NCBI GenBank assembly: GCA_964542245.1
Contig: CAZITU010000003.1
Location: 17,888-81,887, forward strand
From: an uncultured Nitrospirales bacterium
Lineage (GTDB): Bacteria; Nitrospirota; Nitrospiria; Nitrospirales; NS-4
DNA length: 64,000 bases
Direction: 5' to 3'
The notes beneath the pieces were generated by a model that made no database searches, was not told where the DNA came from, and saw only the letters and a program-made list of their open reading frames with translations. How positions within the stretch are numbered: position 1 is the stretch's first letter; each line of letters begins with the position of its first letter. Below are positions 5,775 through 16,865 of the stretch, in pieces. The position numbers were made by a program, and so were the translations under genes.

Positions 5775-7967
5775 TTATCCCCCCTGACCACTATCCCCCC
5801 TCACCTTTATCCTCTCCCCCGAAGCGGGGGCGAGGGATTCATGGTCTGGTTGGTGGTGAGGGGCTTCTCGGTGAGCGGGGAGTCGCACAGTAAACCGGCT
5901 GCCCTTCCTTGGCTCGCTGTCCACTTCCAAAACACCCTGGTGCGCCTCGACGATCTTCCGGCATTGGTACAATCCAATGCCCAGACCCCGCCCCTTCGCC
6001 GTGCGAAATGGACGGAACAGCTTGGCAACCGTCGCCCGATCCATGCCGCATCCATTATCCTCCACCACCAACCGAACTGTTTCTCCCTCAGCCGTGGTTC
6101 TGACGGTAATGGCCCCTTCCGGATCCACCGCCTCCCGAGCATTCAGGACCAGATTCAGCAACACCTGTTGAAGTTGTTCCGGGTCGGCCTCAACCGGGGG
6201 GACCGGCTGGGTCTCGCAGAGCAGCCTGGCCCCGGCAGACCTGTCGAATCCTTTGAGGACCTCATCTACCATGGCATTGAGGTCCAAACGAACCCGCTTC
6301 GGCCGAGGGTCCTGCGAAAGGGCGGTAAGTTGCCCGATCAAGGTCGTCATCTTCTGGACCGTCGCGCGGACGGTGTCCATCGCAGCCCGCTGGAACGACG
6401 GATCGCTCCCGTGCCGCTCGGCATTCTGAGTGACGAGCGAAAGCGTCGCGGTGAAGTTCTTCAAGTCGTGGAGGAAAAACGTGGAATATTCGTAGAAAGC
6501 CTCCATCTCACGGCCTATGGCCAGCTTCTCGGCCAACAGCAAATGCTGGAGGCGGTCCGCCACCTGGGCCGCGATGGATCGGAGCAAATCCAGGTCCTGC
6601 TGGTCATAGGGCCTCCCTCCCGCGGTCGGACCCATCGTGATCCACCCGATCACCTGCCTGCCCGCTTTCAACGGGGTAATCAGCGCCGCGCCGGCATCCT
6701 TCATGACTTGGCCCAACGAAGGCGGCATTACCTCGTAAGAAGGAGAGCCGGCTGAGTCTGTGAAGACCAGCGGCCCATTCTGGCGCTCAATCCAAGCCTT
6801 TACTTCTCCGGCCCCCTCCAGCCGGTCCGGGGTGTCAGGGACGTTGTGCACACCAATCCTCGCCCAGGCATCCCGCTCCATATCCATCGTCACCCAGACG
6901 GAGAGTCGCCGAGGTCCCCAAACGCCCCGAAGGATCTGTGACACCCGCTCCGCGATCTGTTCGGGCGCGCCATGTGCCCCGATCGCCTCCGTCACCTCCA
7001 TCCATCGTACCCGGTAGTCGTACTTGTGGGGAAAGAAGTGCCGTTCCACAAACCTCCCGAGCGCCAGTCGCACATTGTGGGAAGAGAGTGTGAGCGCCAC
7101 ACCCAGGATCGCCATGAAAACGAAGAGCGTGCTCAGGGACACCTTCCCGGTAATACCTGAGTACCGAATCACCTGCGCCACCAACCCCATCCCTACCAGA
7201 ACCACGCCGACGACGAGGAAGGTCAACGAATCAGAGAGAACCCGCCGGGAGACGTAAATCTGGACATCCGGCAGAGGCCTACGCATCAATCCGTACCCGA
7301 CCAACGTGCACGCCGTAACCGATATGGCGCTGCTCAACCAGGCAAGTCCTGGGTGCCAGATCCTGTACAACAGCAGGTCAGCCGACTGGTAGATGAAGAA
7401 CACGCACAAGAGGCCCACACCGAAAACCGGAAACTTGAGGGACCAGCGCGTGGACTCGTCGGCATGGCGCAAGGTCTGCTCCAGGTTCGCAAGGATCAGG
7501 ACCTGCGCGACCAGATAGAGGCACGCGTACACCACACCGGAGAGACCCAAACCGACATAGGCTGTTGTCGAGTCCCACGGGAAAACCAGGGTGAACATTC
7601 GTTCGGAGCCCACAAGGGCCAGAAAGAGCACGGTCAGCAAGCCGGCTGCCGACAACCTGCCTCGCCAGTCTCGAAGCAGGGCCTGTGCATTCGACCGGGC
7701 GAAGGTGAGGCTGAACACCAACCAGCCCAGCGGCATGAGGATCTCGCCGGCCAGGGCCACACGTCGCCACCTCAACTCCTCCAGCGAGGAGTCGGCCATC
7801 AGACTGAACCCGTTCCCTGCCTGGGCCAAACCCAAAGAAAGCAGAGCAGCGGCCAACGCCCAGTGAACCGGCGTCCGCTGGAAGCGGGCCAGGACCAACC
7901 CGGCGAGGGCCAGGCAAAGAACGACGCTCAGGAAGGAAGGCAGGGAGTAGAGGTCTTGACTGGACAT
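5775..7967 (-). CDS. prsK: PEP-CTERM system histidine kinase PrsK family
   Basis: Long multi-TM N-terminal region, H-box FFLHDLKNF, HATPase motifs DNGCGM and GLGIGL. Start set at MSSQDLYSLP (7967), just after the epsI stop. The last ~30 codons run into a C-rich hairpin element. Confidence 0.88.
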   Translation of the reverse strand: MSSQDLYSLPSFLSVVLCLALAGLVLARFQRTPVHWALAAALLSLGLAQAGNGFSLMADSSLEELRWRRVALAGEILMPLGWLVFSLTFARSNAQALLRDWRGRLSAAGLLTVLFLALVGSERMFTLVFPWDSTTAYVGLGLSGVVYACLYLVAQVLILANLEQTLRHADESTRWSLKFPVFGVGLLCVFFIYQSADLLLYRIWHPGLAWLSSAISVTACTLVGYGLMRRPLPDVQIYVSRRVLSDSLTFLVVGVVLVGMGLVAQVIRYSGITGKVSLSTLFVFMAILGVALTLSSHNVRLALGRFVERHFFPHKYDYRVRWMEVTEAIGAHGAPEQIAERVSQILRGVWGPRRLSVWVTMDMERDAWARIGVHNVPDTPDRLEGAGEVKAWIERQNGPLVFTDSAGSPSYEVMPPSLGQVMKDAGAALITPLKAGRQVIGWITMGPTAGGRPYDQQDLDLLRSIAAQVADRLQHLLLAEKLAIGREMEAFYEYSTFFLHDLKNFTATLSLVTQNAERHGSDPSFQRAAMDTVRATVQKMTTLIGQLTALSQDPRPKRVRLDLNAMVDEVLKGFDRSAGARLLCETQPVPPVEADPEQLQQVLLNLVLNAREAVDPEGAITVRTTAEGETVRLVVEDNGCGMDRATVAKLFRPFRTAKGRGLGIGLYQCRKIVEAHQGVLEVDSEPRKGSRFTVRLPAHREAPHHQPDHESLAPASGERIKVRGDSGQGG

Positions 7968-7980
7968 GCTTCGTACTTTG

Positions 7981-8615
7981 TTACGTTGGTAAATGGCCGG
8001 CGAGCAGAGGGAACGTCGCCCGCATGAATTCGACCCCCATGGCAAACGCCTGCTCTGTTGATTGTCCTACCGGAACCGACACCCTGACCAAGGCTCCATC
8101 CGTTCGATTACGGGTCATGGCATCCCATACCAGGTAAAACTTCGCCCAATACTCGCTGGCGATGATACGGCCGCGATCCTGATACCAGTAGAGAATGACC
8201 TGCTTGTCCACACCTTTTTGAATCAAAACCTTGTTGATGGTGATGGGCGCTCCCCCAGAGACCGGAATAGCCATTTGTTCAGATTCTACGAATTGCCACC
8301 CCGCCCCCGGAAGGCAATTCTTGGGCGAGTGATACGTGGAACCTGTCCGCTGGCTCTGGTAATACCCCACATACAGATAGACCGGGACATTTCCCGGCTT
8401 CGCGACGTAGACCCGATTCATGTAATCAGTGAGCTTCAGGACATCCAGGAACTTCTGTTCAATGCCGAGTTCCCGGCCTCGCCAACGGTCACCGATGGTA
8501 AGCGGGAACTCAGTGAATGGTTTCTGCTCCAGAACCGGCTCAGCGCGTGAGAATGATTGCAGCAAGCCCCATGTGCTGACCAGCATCACAACCGCGACAA
8601 TGATCGGCCACTTCT

Positions 8616-8619
<4 letters not shown>
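7981..8619 (-). CDS. epsI: EpsI family exosortase-associated protein
   Basis: N-terminal anchor MKKWPIIVAVVML and the EpsI-like core YYQSQRTGSTYHSPKNCLPGAGW. ATGA overlap with the exosortase stop. Confidence 0.88.
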
Positions 8620-9494
<875 letters not shown>

Positions 9495-9496
9495 AA

Positions 9497-12304
9497 TCAG
9501 TTGACTCCGCTCCCCTTCGATAAGAGATATTCAGCGTGCAAATACAATTGCCCGCTTCGGCTGATCCAGCCCAGTTCCTTGGTGAATGTTCCAGGCCAAC
9601 CTAAGCGGATCGGACCGCGCTTGTCCGGATCAACAAACTTGTCACGGCTTAAGTTACCTGTCTCCCGATAGAACATTAGATCACGGAAAAGTCGCCTCGC
9701 AAAGTCCAGGTATTCCTTGGCCTTCTGTGAATCCTTGTCTTTGAGCATCATGTAACCGTAGGCAAATCCACCCGCTACATGGATATTATGCTGATAGGCT
9801 CCGCCTGTATTCTTTGACCTGTCATTTGGATCGGTGGAATAGGACAGTGTAAGCGGGGAATACTGTCCAGCCTGATCGGTCACGCCACCCACATAGGCGA
9901 AGTTCTTCAACCAATCCAGGGATCTGATCAAGTACGCCTCCAAAGCTCTGCCATCCAACCCGGCTGACGAGGCCTCATAGTGCAGCTCGGAGAGCGGCTC
10001 AAGCGGGTAGGTCAGAAACGTGATCACTGCCTTCCCAATGTAGCTCTTGTCCTTATACTGTCCGATGGTGATATACCCTTTGCCGCCACTTCCCGGCACG
10101 GTGTCGAGTTGCTCCGTATGCAGCAGGCTGTTGGCAAAGATCGTCAGCGCATCCCGCAAATGCTCGACATCTCCATCAATGCGGTACAGGTTCACCAGCA
10201 TCAGTATCGTCCATCCCTGGGAGCGGGTCTGATCAAAGGCCACGGGGGCTTGAGACACCTTTCTGTTCTCGAACCAGTACCGTCGTCCGGCCTTTGCCCC
10301 CGCTTCCGCCGCTTCCCGGTAGCGTGGGTTCCCGGTGAGCAGGTACCCTAGCGCGTACCCTCCATTCCATGTATGCGAGATAATGAGACCGGCACCCTGG
10401 GTGGAGCGGTGATGACCCTTTCCATCGCGGAGTTGCTCCCACCACCAGACCCCATCCAGGACGTTGGGATTCTGAGTGGGTTTGTTATGGATCTGATCCA
10501 GGTCGGCGCTGTGGTCGGTCATCTCAAGCGCAAGCGGCAGATAGCGAAAATCCCCCGAACGGATCAGATGCAGCCACATGATGTAAGACCAATCATAGTG
10601 AAGGGCGCTGTACGTGCCGACGCGATTGCCTCCCCAGGGAATTTCGCCGAAAGTTTCCAAGCCGTAAAGGTCCAGATTGAAGTGAAACCCTGGAGCTTGG
10701 GGTGCCGCCAGTCCACGCGTCTCCCGCAACCGTTCCAGAGTCACCCCATCGCTTGACACTTCGGGATCAACCAGCACCGCCCGAAAACGCTCGTATCGCT
10801 CTACCGCTTCCCGTGATGCCGCATCAAGGGAACGAAACCCTGCCGGGGCGATAAGCCCCCATGCCCGCGTGTCGGCATACCAACTCGGAGGAGCGAGAAG
10901 CAAAAGAGGGGTGGTGAGCAGCCCACCCTCAGCCAGCGGATTTCGTCCTCCTTGTGGCCAGAATGCCAGGAATACCTCATGAGTCTTATGCCACCCCCCG
11001 CTGAAGAAATAGCCGCCACGGCCGTATTCACCGACCTCACCCGACGTGACTCCAAGGGGCCACAAGCCAATTGCCGCTCCCGTCTCGCTGCTCTCCAAGC
11101 TCTTGGGATAGTTTTGCCAGAAGGCCCTCACCCCAACCCCTCCGCAACGGGTATCATCGCACAAGGACGCCCACCCATCGCTACGCTGTCCGGATTTCAC
11201 GATCTTGCCGTTGCGGGCCAACTGACGGTCAAAGTTCTTGCTCTCATCCATTGGATCTCGGACTGCGTGTGTCTGGGACAGCACCCACCGCCCACCGGGC
11301 GCTGTGGTTTCATCGTGCTCTGGAAACGCCACCCGGCGAACCGCCCCCATTTGCCAGGGGACATCCAGGTACAAGCCATCAAAAAAAGTATCGTTCACCG
11401 GGTGGTACGTCGAGAGACTGTTGCCGTTGTTTTCCAAGGTGATGGTCAGCTTCACATAGGATTTGTCGGCATAAAAGCTGATGCGCGCATCGAACTCCAG
11501 AGGTCGCCCTTCTGATCCAGGCCGTCCGTCTTTGGCGACCGGACGGGCATCACCGCCCATCCACGGCTTGCCGTCAGGAGCCTGAAAGGTCCCTCGCATT
11601 CGTACGACCGTCCGTAAGGGGCCGGCCTCTTCGATTGTTACCCCGACCGTTTTGGAAATCAGCGACCGAAAAGGACCTCCTACCTTCTCTACCCGCAGGC
11701 TTACTCGGTCAGAAAGAAGCGCCTGCCTGGGAGCACCTCCAGCGCCTCTCGTGTCCCCTGCGTTGATCATCCAAAGCTGCTCCAGGAAACCAACTCCCTG
11801 CTTGGGAATCCGCGCTGCAATCGGGCCGGTCACCACTTCCACGGCAGCGTCCTTGTCCGACACCTCGATTCCGGCCGGTAGCGGCGCCGGCGGTCCCTGC
11901 TGGAGGCGATAAGTCGCGGTGCCTCGTGGAGGCACATCAGCCTGAAAATCCACGAGCACCCAACGAATCGGCGCTTTGGCATCTTCGAGCCGCCCCCAAC
12001 GAGACAGCACCCGAAACTGGGCCGGCACCGGTTTCCCCTGGGCATCGGTCACCCGAAGCTGGTCCGTTGAGATAATCCCACTTTCCTTGGCCAACGGGAT
12101 TCCAGATGTCACTGGCTCGCCTTGACGTGGAACTTGGGCTGGATTCTGGACACGAAGGGGAACCTGAAGCGGCTGGACTACTGCCGTGTCCCATTGAGGC
12201 GCGGCCCGACTCGCCAGAGCGGAAGGAGCCCCGCAACCTACCGTTAGGCCCAGCGACAGAGCTAACGCAACCCGCCACGGACATTGAGGGCCCTTAGTCG
12301 GCAT
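9497..12304 (-). CDS. large exosortase-adjacent lipoprotein, function unknown (possibly an alpha/alpha-toroid polysaccharide lyase/hydrolase-like fold)
   Basis: Start moved to MPTKGPQCPWRVALALSLGLTVGC (lipobox-like LTVGC), because the tracked 5' extension overlaps asnB. Coding is confident. The fold assignment rests only on weak motif impressions (FWQNYPKSLE, NGGYALGYLLTGNPRYREAAE). Confidence 0.6.
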   Translation of the reverse strand: MPTKGPQCPWRVALALSLGLTVGCGAPSALASRAAPQWDTAVVQPLQVPLRVQNPAQVPRQGEPVTSGIPLAKESGIISTDQLRVTDAQGKPVPAQFRVLSRWGRLEDAKAPIRWVLVDFQADVPPRGTATYRLQQGPPAPLPAGIEVSDKDAAVEVVTGPIAARIPKQGVGFLEQLWMINAGDTRGAGGAPRQALLSDRVSLRVEKVGGPFRSLISKTVGVTIEEAGPLRTVVRMRGTFQAPDGKPWMGGDARPVAKDGRPGSEGRPLEFDARISFYADKSYVKLTITLENNGNSLSTYHPVNDTFFDGLYLDVPWQMGAVRRVAFPEHDETTAPGGRWVLSQTHAVRDPMDESKNFDRQLARNGKIVKSGQRSDGWASLCDDTRCGGVGVRAFWQNYPKSLESSETGAAIGLWPLGVTSGEVGEYGRGGYFFSGGWHKTHEVFLAFWPQGGRNPLAEGGLLTTPLLLLAPPSWYADTRAWGLIAPAGFRSLDAASREAVERYERFRAVLVDPEVSSDGVTLERLRETRGLAAPQAPGFHFNLDLYGLETFGEIPWGGNRVGTYSALHYDWSYIMWLHLIRSGDFRYLPLALEMTDHSADLDQIHNKPTQNPNVLDGVWWWEQLRDGKGHHRSTQGAGLIISHTWNGGYALGYLLTGNPRYREAAEAGAKAGRRYWFENRKVSQAPVAFDQTRSQGWTILMLVNLYRIDGDVEHLRDALTIFANSLLHTEQLDTVPGSGGKGYITIGQYKDKSYIGKAVITFLTYPLEPLSELHYEASSAGLDGRALEAYLIRSLDWLKNFAYVGGVTDQAGQYSPLTLSYSTDPNDRSKNTGGAYQHNIHVAGGFAYGYMMLKDKDSQKAKEYLDFARRLFRDLMFYRETGNLSRDKFVDPDKRGPIRLGWPGTFTKELGWISRSGQLYLHAEYLLSKGSGVN

Positions 12305-14162
12305 ACTGCTCCGCCCAGCTCGCAAGGACCACCAGAGCCCACACGGTTGAGGCATGGTCCGCCCGCCCGGCAAAATGCTCATCCACAATCCGCCGCAGGC
12401 CGGCCGGTTCAAACACCCCCAAGTCCGCCAGCGAGCCATGCAGCACACGATCCGTCACGACGGCCTGCAGATCGCCTCGAAACCATCGCTCCAAGGGAAC
12501 AGTGAATCCCTGCTTCGGACGGTCGAAGAAGCCCTGCGGGAATCGGTCTTTCATAGCATCTTTTAGAAGCAATTTACTTACGCCTGAGTTCACCTTGTAA
12601 GACGAGGGAAGGCCCAGCACCCATTCCACCAAATCGGAGTCCAAGAGGGGAGACCGACACTCCAGCGCATGCGCCATCGAAGTTCGATCCACCTTCACAA
12701 GCAGGTCCTCGGCCATATAAGTGACCAGATCCGTCGCCATCATCCGGTTGAGGGGATCGTCCATCGCGCTGTGATCGTACCGATCTGCCAACCAGCCGAG
12801 CGCACTCCTGCCGGTCCGGGACAGAAACCCGCTTGTGTAGAGCGATGCTTTCACTTCGGGGCCTGCCACCTGACGGAGAGCCGCATACCGTTCACCCGGC
12901 GACCGGACAAGTAGGGCGGCCGCCTTGCCTATCCTCCGAAGGGGACGAGGGACAGGCACCGCTGCCATACGGGCGCCTATCCGTGCCATCCAGCGGGGGA
13001 TAAACGAGGCTGCTTCCAGAGCGCGTCCCGTGTAGTACCAGGAATAGCCTCCGAACAGCTCATCGCCCCCATCCCCCGTCAAGGCCACCGTCACCGATTT
13101 TCGCGTCAATTGCGAGAGGTACCACGTCGGCAAGGCCGAAGAATCTGCAAAAGGCTCTCCGAAGTGGGCGACAAGCTCATCCAGGATACCGACGCTGTCA
13201 GGTTCCAGAACGTACTCGTGATGATCGGTGCCAAAGTGTTGGGCAATCGTTCTTGCGTAAGGCAGCTCGCTGTAGTCCTCCTCAGGAAACCCGATCGAGA
13301 AGGTCTTCACCGGCTGTTGAGACAATTCAGCCATGAAGGACAGCACGGTGCTGGAGTCCACCCCTCCGCTCAAAAAGCAGCCGATCGGAACATCGCTGAC
13401 CATCCGTAGAGCCGTCGCAGTTCGGAGCCGGCGGACCAGTTCCTGCTTGGCTTCCTCCCAACCCATAGGCTCTTGAGCAGAGCGCTGGGGCGCCCAATAG
13501 GGTTCGTTACGCAGCCCACCCGATTTAACCTGCAAGTAATGCCCCGCCTCTAATTTCCTGACGTGACGAAAGATCGTCCGTGGGGCCGGGATATAACCCA
13601 GCGTCAGGTACTGATCGAGCGCCAGATCATCGAGCTCGCGGGACAGATCGGGCACCGCCATCAGAGCCTGGAGTTCAGACGCAAACAGAAACATGCCCTG
13701 ATGAGTCGCGTAGTAGAGAGGCTTCTTCCCCACCCGGTCGCGCGCCAGCAAGAGGGTTTGGGCACGCTCGTCCCAGACGGCAAAAGCGAACATCCCTTTT
13801 AAGTCCTTCAGGCAGGCCGTTCCTGCTTCTTGGTAGAGATAAACAATAACTTCCGTATCGGTCTTTGTATGGAAGCGATGCCCGCGGGACAGTAACGCTT
13901 CTCGTAGCTGCTGATAACCGTAGATCTCGCCGTTGAAGGTGATCATGACGGAGCCGTCGTCATTGCCCAGAGGTTGCAGACCGGTCGCTAAGTCAATGAT
14001 CCGGAGCCGCCGATGACCGAGACTGACCGTGCGCGAGGGATTCACGTAGTGCCCCTCCTCATCGGGACCACGATGAATAAGGCGTTCCGTCATCGCTCTG
14101 ACCAACTCGGGCCGCTCAAGCGATCGACCGGTGAGGGACATCATGCCGGCGATCCCGCACAT
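12294..14162 (-). CDS. asparagine synthase (glutamine-hydrolysing) family amidotransferase, exosortase-locus type
   Basis: MCGIAG N-terminal nucleophile Cys2 and PP-loop SGGVDSS. Position next to exosortase genes matches the exosortase-A-associated amidotransferase family. Confidence 0.88.
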   Translation of the reverse strand: MCGIAGMMSLTGRSLERPELVRAMTERLIHRGPDEEGHYVNPSRTVSLGHRRLRIIDLATGLQPLGNDDGSVMITFNGEIYGYQQLREALLSRGHRFHTKTDTEVIVYLYQEAGTACLKDLKGMFAFAVWDERAQTLLLARDRVGKKPLYYATHQGMFLFASELQALMAVPDLSRELDDLALDQYLTLGYIPAPRTIFRHVRKLEAGHYLQVKSGGLRNEPYWAPQRSAQEPMGWEEAKQELVRRLRTATALRMVSDVPIGCFLSGGVDSSTVLSFMAELSQQPVKTFSIGFPEEDYSELPYARTIAQHFGTDHHEYVLEPDSVGILDELVAHFGEPFADSSALPTWYLSQLTRKSVTVALTGDGGDELFGGYSWYYTGRALEAASFIPRWMARIGARMAAVPVPRPLRRIGKAAALLVRSPGERYAALRQVAGPEVKASLYTSGFLSRTGRSALGWLADRYDHSAMDDPLNRMMATDLVTYMAEDLLVKVDRTSMAHALECRSPLLDSDLVEWVLGLPSSYKVNSGVSKLLLKDAMKDRFPQGFFDRPKQGFTVPLERWFRGDLQAVVTDRVLHGSLADLGVFEPAGLRRIVDEHFAGRADHASTVWALVVLASWAEQYAD

Positions 14163-14163
14163 G

Positions 14164-15276
14164 TCAGTTCCCGCCTCCCGACAACACAGCCTCGTACACA
14201 GTCTCGTACTCCTTTAAGGTCCGCTCAAAACTGTAGCGTGATTGCACAACCTCGAGCGCTTTGGCCGCCAGGCTCTGCCGTTTCTCACGATCGGCGATCA
14301 AGCCTTCCAACGCTTCGGCCATCGCTTCCGCATCCCCCGGCCGCACCAGCAGCCCCGTCCGTCCGTCCTGAATTACTTCCGGCACACCACCCACCCCGGT
14401 AGCGACCACAGCTTTACCGGCGGCCATGGCTTCCAACAGCACCATCGGCAACCCCTCGCGGGAAGAGGCCAAGGTCACCACATCGCATGAGGCGAACAAT
14501 TCGGGAATATCCCCTCTCACCCCCAGGAATCGGACCGATCCGTTCAAGCCGAGCGCCTCGGCGGTTGCCGTCAATCGCTCTCGTTCGCCCCCCTCTCCTA
14601 TCAGCAGGAGCCTCGCGCGGGGATTCCGCTCATGGAGTCGCCGAAAGGCGTCCAGCAAGACCGCATGCCCCTTCTCCGGCTCCAGCCTGGCGACACAGCC
14701 GATTACTACATCCTCATCACGCCACCCCCAGTCTGAGCGTTTGATTGGACGCGCAGATTGGAAGCGCGCAATATCCACACCGTTGGGGATCGTCCGAATC
14801 TTCCCGGCAGGGATTCCGACCTGATCCCTCAAAAATTCCGCAACCGGCTCGGCCACAGCCGTCACCACATCCGCTAAGGCCGACAGCACTCGCAGGAGTC
14901 GTCTGGCTCGGCGCCTGCTCAGCGTGTAGAACTCATGTTCGGTGTGAATGACCCTCGCGCCGGCCAAGCGCCCCGCAATCCCCGCGTACATCAATTGCCC
15001 AAGGTGATGGGTGTGGATAAGACGGACCTTGTCCGCCCGAAACTGCGTCGTAAGTTGACCGATAAGTCGCAAGTCCAGCTTGCCGGTCCGGGAAAAGACC
15101 CGAAAGGGGATCCTCTCCGCGGCCAGGACCTCGGCCATGGGCCCCCCATGGTCTATTGCATAGATTGAGCAGGCATACCGCCCGCTCCCATTGAGCGCGC
15201 CCGCGATCCGCCGGGCCAGTGTCTCCGACCCTCCCATGCAGAGAGCATACACGACCTGGATCAGCTTAATCGGCAT
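14164..15276 (-). CDS. GT4-family glycosyltransferase
   Basis: GT-B fold motifs: N-terminal IKLIQVVYALCMGGSE and C-terminal EGLPMVLLEAMAAGKAVVAT. Start set at MPIKL. Confidence 0.85.
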   Translation of the reverse strand: MPIKLIQVVYALCMGGSETLARRIAGALNGSGRYACSIYAIDHGGPMAEVLAAERIPFRVFSRTGKLDLRLIGQLTTQFRADKVRLIHTHHLGQLMYAGIAGRLAGARVIHTEHEFYTLSRRRARRLLRVLSALADVVTAVAEPVAEFLRDQVGIPAGKIRTIPNGVDIARFQSARPIKRSDWGWRDEDVVIGCVARLEPEKGHAVLLDAFRRLHERNPRARLLLIGEGGERERLTATAEALGLNGSVRFLGVRGDIPELFASCDVVTLASSREGLPMVLLEAMAAGKAVVATGVGGVPEVIQDGRTGLLVRPGDAEAMAEALEGLIADREKRQSLAAKALEVVQSRYSFERTLKEYETVYEAVLSGGGN

Positions 15277-15392
15277 GGAATATAAAATCACCCTGAGACC
15301 TCTCGAAGTACTTTCATGCTCAAGCAATGGGCGAAGAATCTCACCAATAATTTGGGTTTACAATCAGCTCCATCAGCCTCCTCCGTATGATT

Positions 15393-16076
15393 CTATTTTT
15401 CTGGTAGAGCTTGACTCTCCGGACAACCGTCTTGGAAAGCAGGCGAACGGTCGGTGGATCCTGCACCCAGGGCCACATCCTCAAGCCGTTTCACTACTCG
15501 GGCTGGATTACCCAAGACAACAACGTTAGGCTTTACAGAGCCTACGACCACAGACCCTGCACCGACGACAGAGTTCGCTCCAATAGTTACTCCCTTTAAA
15601 ATTATTGCCCCGGTGCCAATCCAAACATTGGACCCAAGAATTACCGGCTTAGTAACGCCCTTGGTCTTACTCCGATGCTGACCACCTGTCTCCACCGCAT
15701 GGAAATCCGTATCCAAAATACGAGATTCAGCTAGTATAGAATCGTCCCCGACTTCAATCCGTTCCGCACAGCTAAACCGTACCCCGCTCAAGTGCACGCG
15801 GTGCCCAAACCTGATAATCGCATTGGGTGACTGCGTGTATGGCGTTACCGGCGTGATACTTGAAGAATACACCCTGCAATCATCGCCGAAAATCACAGTC
15901 CCGGGCCCCTTAATATGCAATCGCCCGTCTACAGCAAAACGCTTTCCAATGATGACCCGCTGCCCTAACAAACGATACTTGATCCGGTAGTACCAGCCTC
16001 GGACCAACGCCCCGGAAAAAGCCAGTGCAAGCCGTGGGTGCTCCACCGCGCGCGCGATGGCCATTCTCCATTCCAT
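15393..16076 (-). CDS. left-handed beta-helix (hexapeptide repeat) acyl/acetyltransferase
   Basis: Hexapeptide run VWIGTGAIILKGVTIGANSVVGAGSVVVGSV ... GNPARVVK. The ATG at 16076 follows GAGGA; the tracked start is a TTG. Confidence 0.85.
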   Translation of the reverse strand: MEWRMAIARAVEHPRLALAFSGALVRGWYYRIKYRLLGQRVIIGKRFAVDGRLHIKGPGTVIFGDDCRVYSSSITPVTPYTQSPNAIIRFGHRVHLSGVRFSCAERIEVGDDSILAESRILDTDFHAVETGGQHRSKTKGVTKPVILGSNVWIGTGAIILKGVTIGANSVVGAGSVVVGSVKPNVVVLGNPARVVKRLEDVALGAGSTDRSPAFQDGCPESQALPEK

Positions 16077-16084
16077 GGCTATCC

Positions 16085-16837
16085 TCAACCCTCCGTTGTC
16101 TCAGGCAAGACGGCAACACCTGCCTCTGAGCTTAAAAGCGACTTCACGACCCGGGCCGGGTTTCCTGCTACTACGGTGTAAGGAGGAACATCCTCCGTCA
16201 CGACGGCGTGTGTGCCCACCACAGCCCACTTTCCAATGCGCACACCCTTCAACACGGTCGCGCCTTCTCCAATCCACGAGCCGTCTTCGATCCAGACTCA
16301 CTTGACATCATCACGGCGCGGCGGCCGATTTTCAATTCTGGCGTTAGTCTCAAGGGGATGACTATCGTCCCCCGCAATAAACACACGATTCGCAATGAGC
16401 ACATGCCGGCCGATATAGACGCCATGTCCTGTTACAATGGATGTCTGATACCCGATGTAGCTACCAGTCCCGATCTCGAGCACCGGCTCATCCACCATTT
16501 TTGAGCCGACAAAGGTAGTGACTCCAGAGATCGTCACATCATCCCCAATCCGAATCCTGATCGGATTGCCCATGAGAAGTGGAATGCCTCCAATCAGGCG
16601 GAGGTTTTTCCCCACTCGCTCGCAGCGGGTTTTGAACAGAGGCTCGTAATAGACCAGGCGGATGACGTTGTGCCACAAGGTCAAGCGAATCCGGCGCTCA
16701 TGGTATAGGACGTGGTGCAAGCCTGGAATTACCGGGAAATCAATTGACCGGAAAACTTTGGCCAGCCGGTACAGCCGATCGTAGAACGGCGTTTCCCGCC
16801 TTCGAATCTTGAGGACAAACTGGTCAATGGCTCCCAT
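16085..16837 (-). pseudogene. hexapeptide-repeat acetyltransferase interrupted by an in-frame TGA at 16300-16298
   Basis: The tracked ORF ends ...PRRDDVK-TGA. The same frame continues [55 protein letters not shown]... to a TGA at 16087-16085. That continuation is the normal catalytic C-terminus of this family. Confidence 0.75.
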
Positions 16838-16865
16838 TCAGCACTCCCACTCCAGTCATCTCTTA

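Noticed and set aside
16298-16300. In-frame TGA in the acetyltransferase as a selenocysteine codon or programmed recoding site
   Set aside because: I could not fold a convincing SECIS-like hairpin in the 40 nt downstream. The position corresponds to an ordinary beta-helix residue rather than a redox site. A nonsense mutation or sequencing error is more likely.
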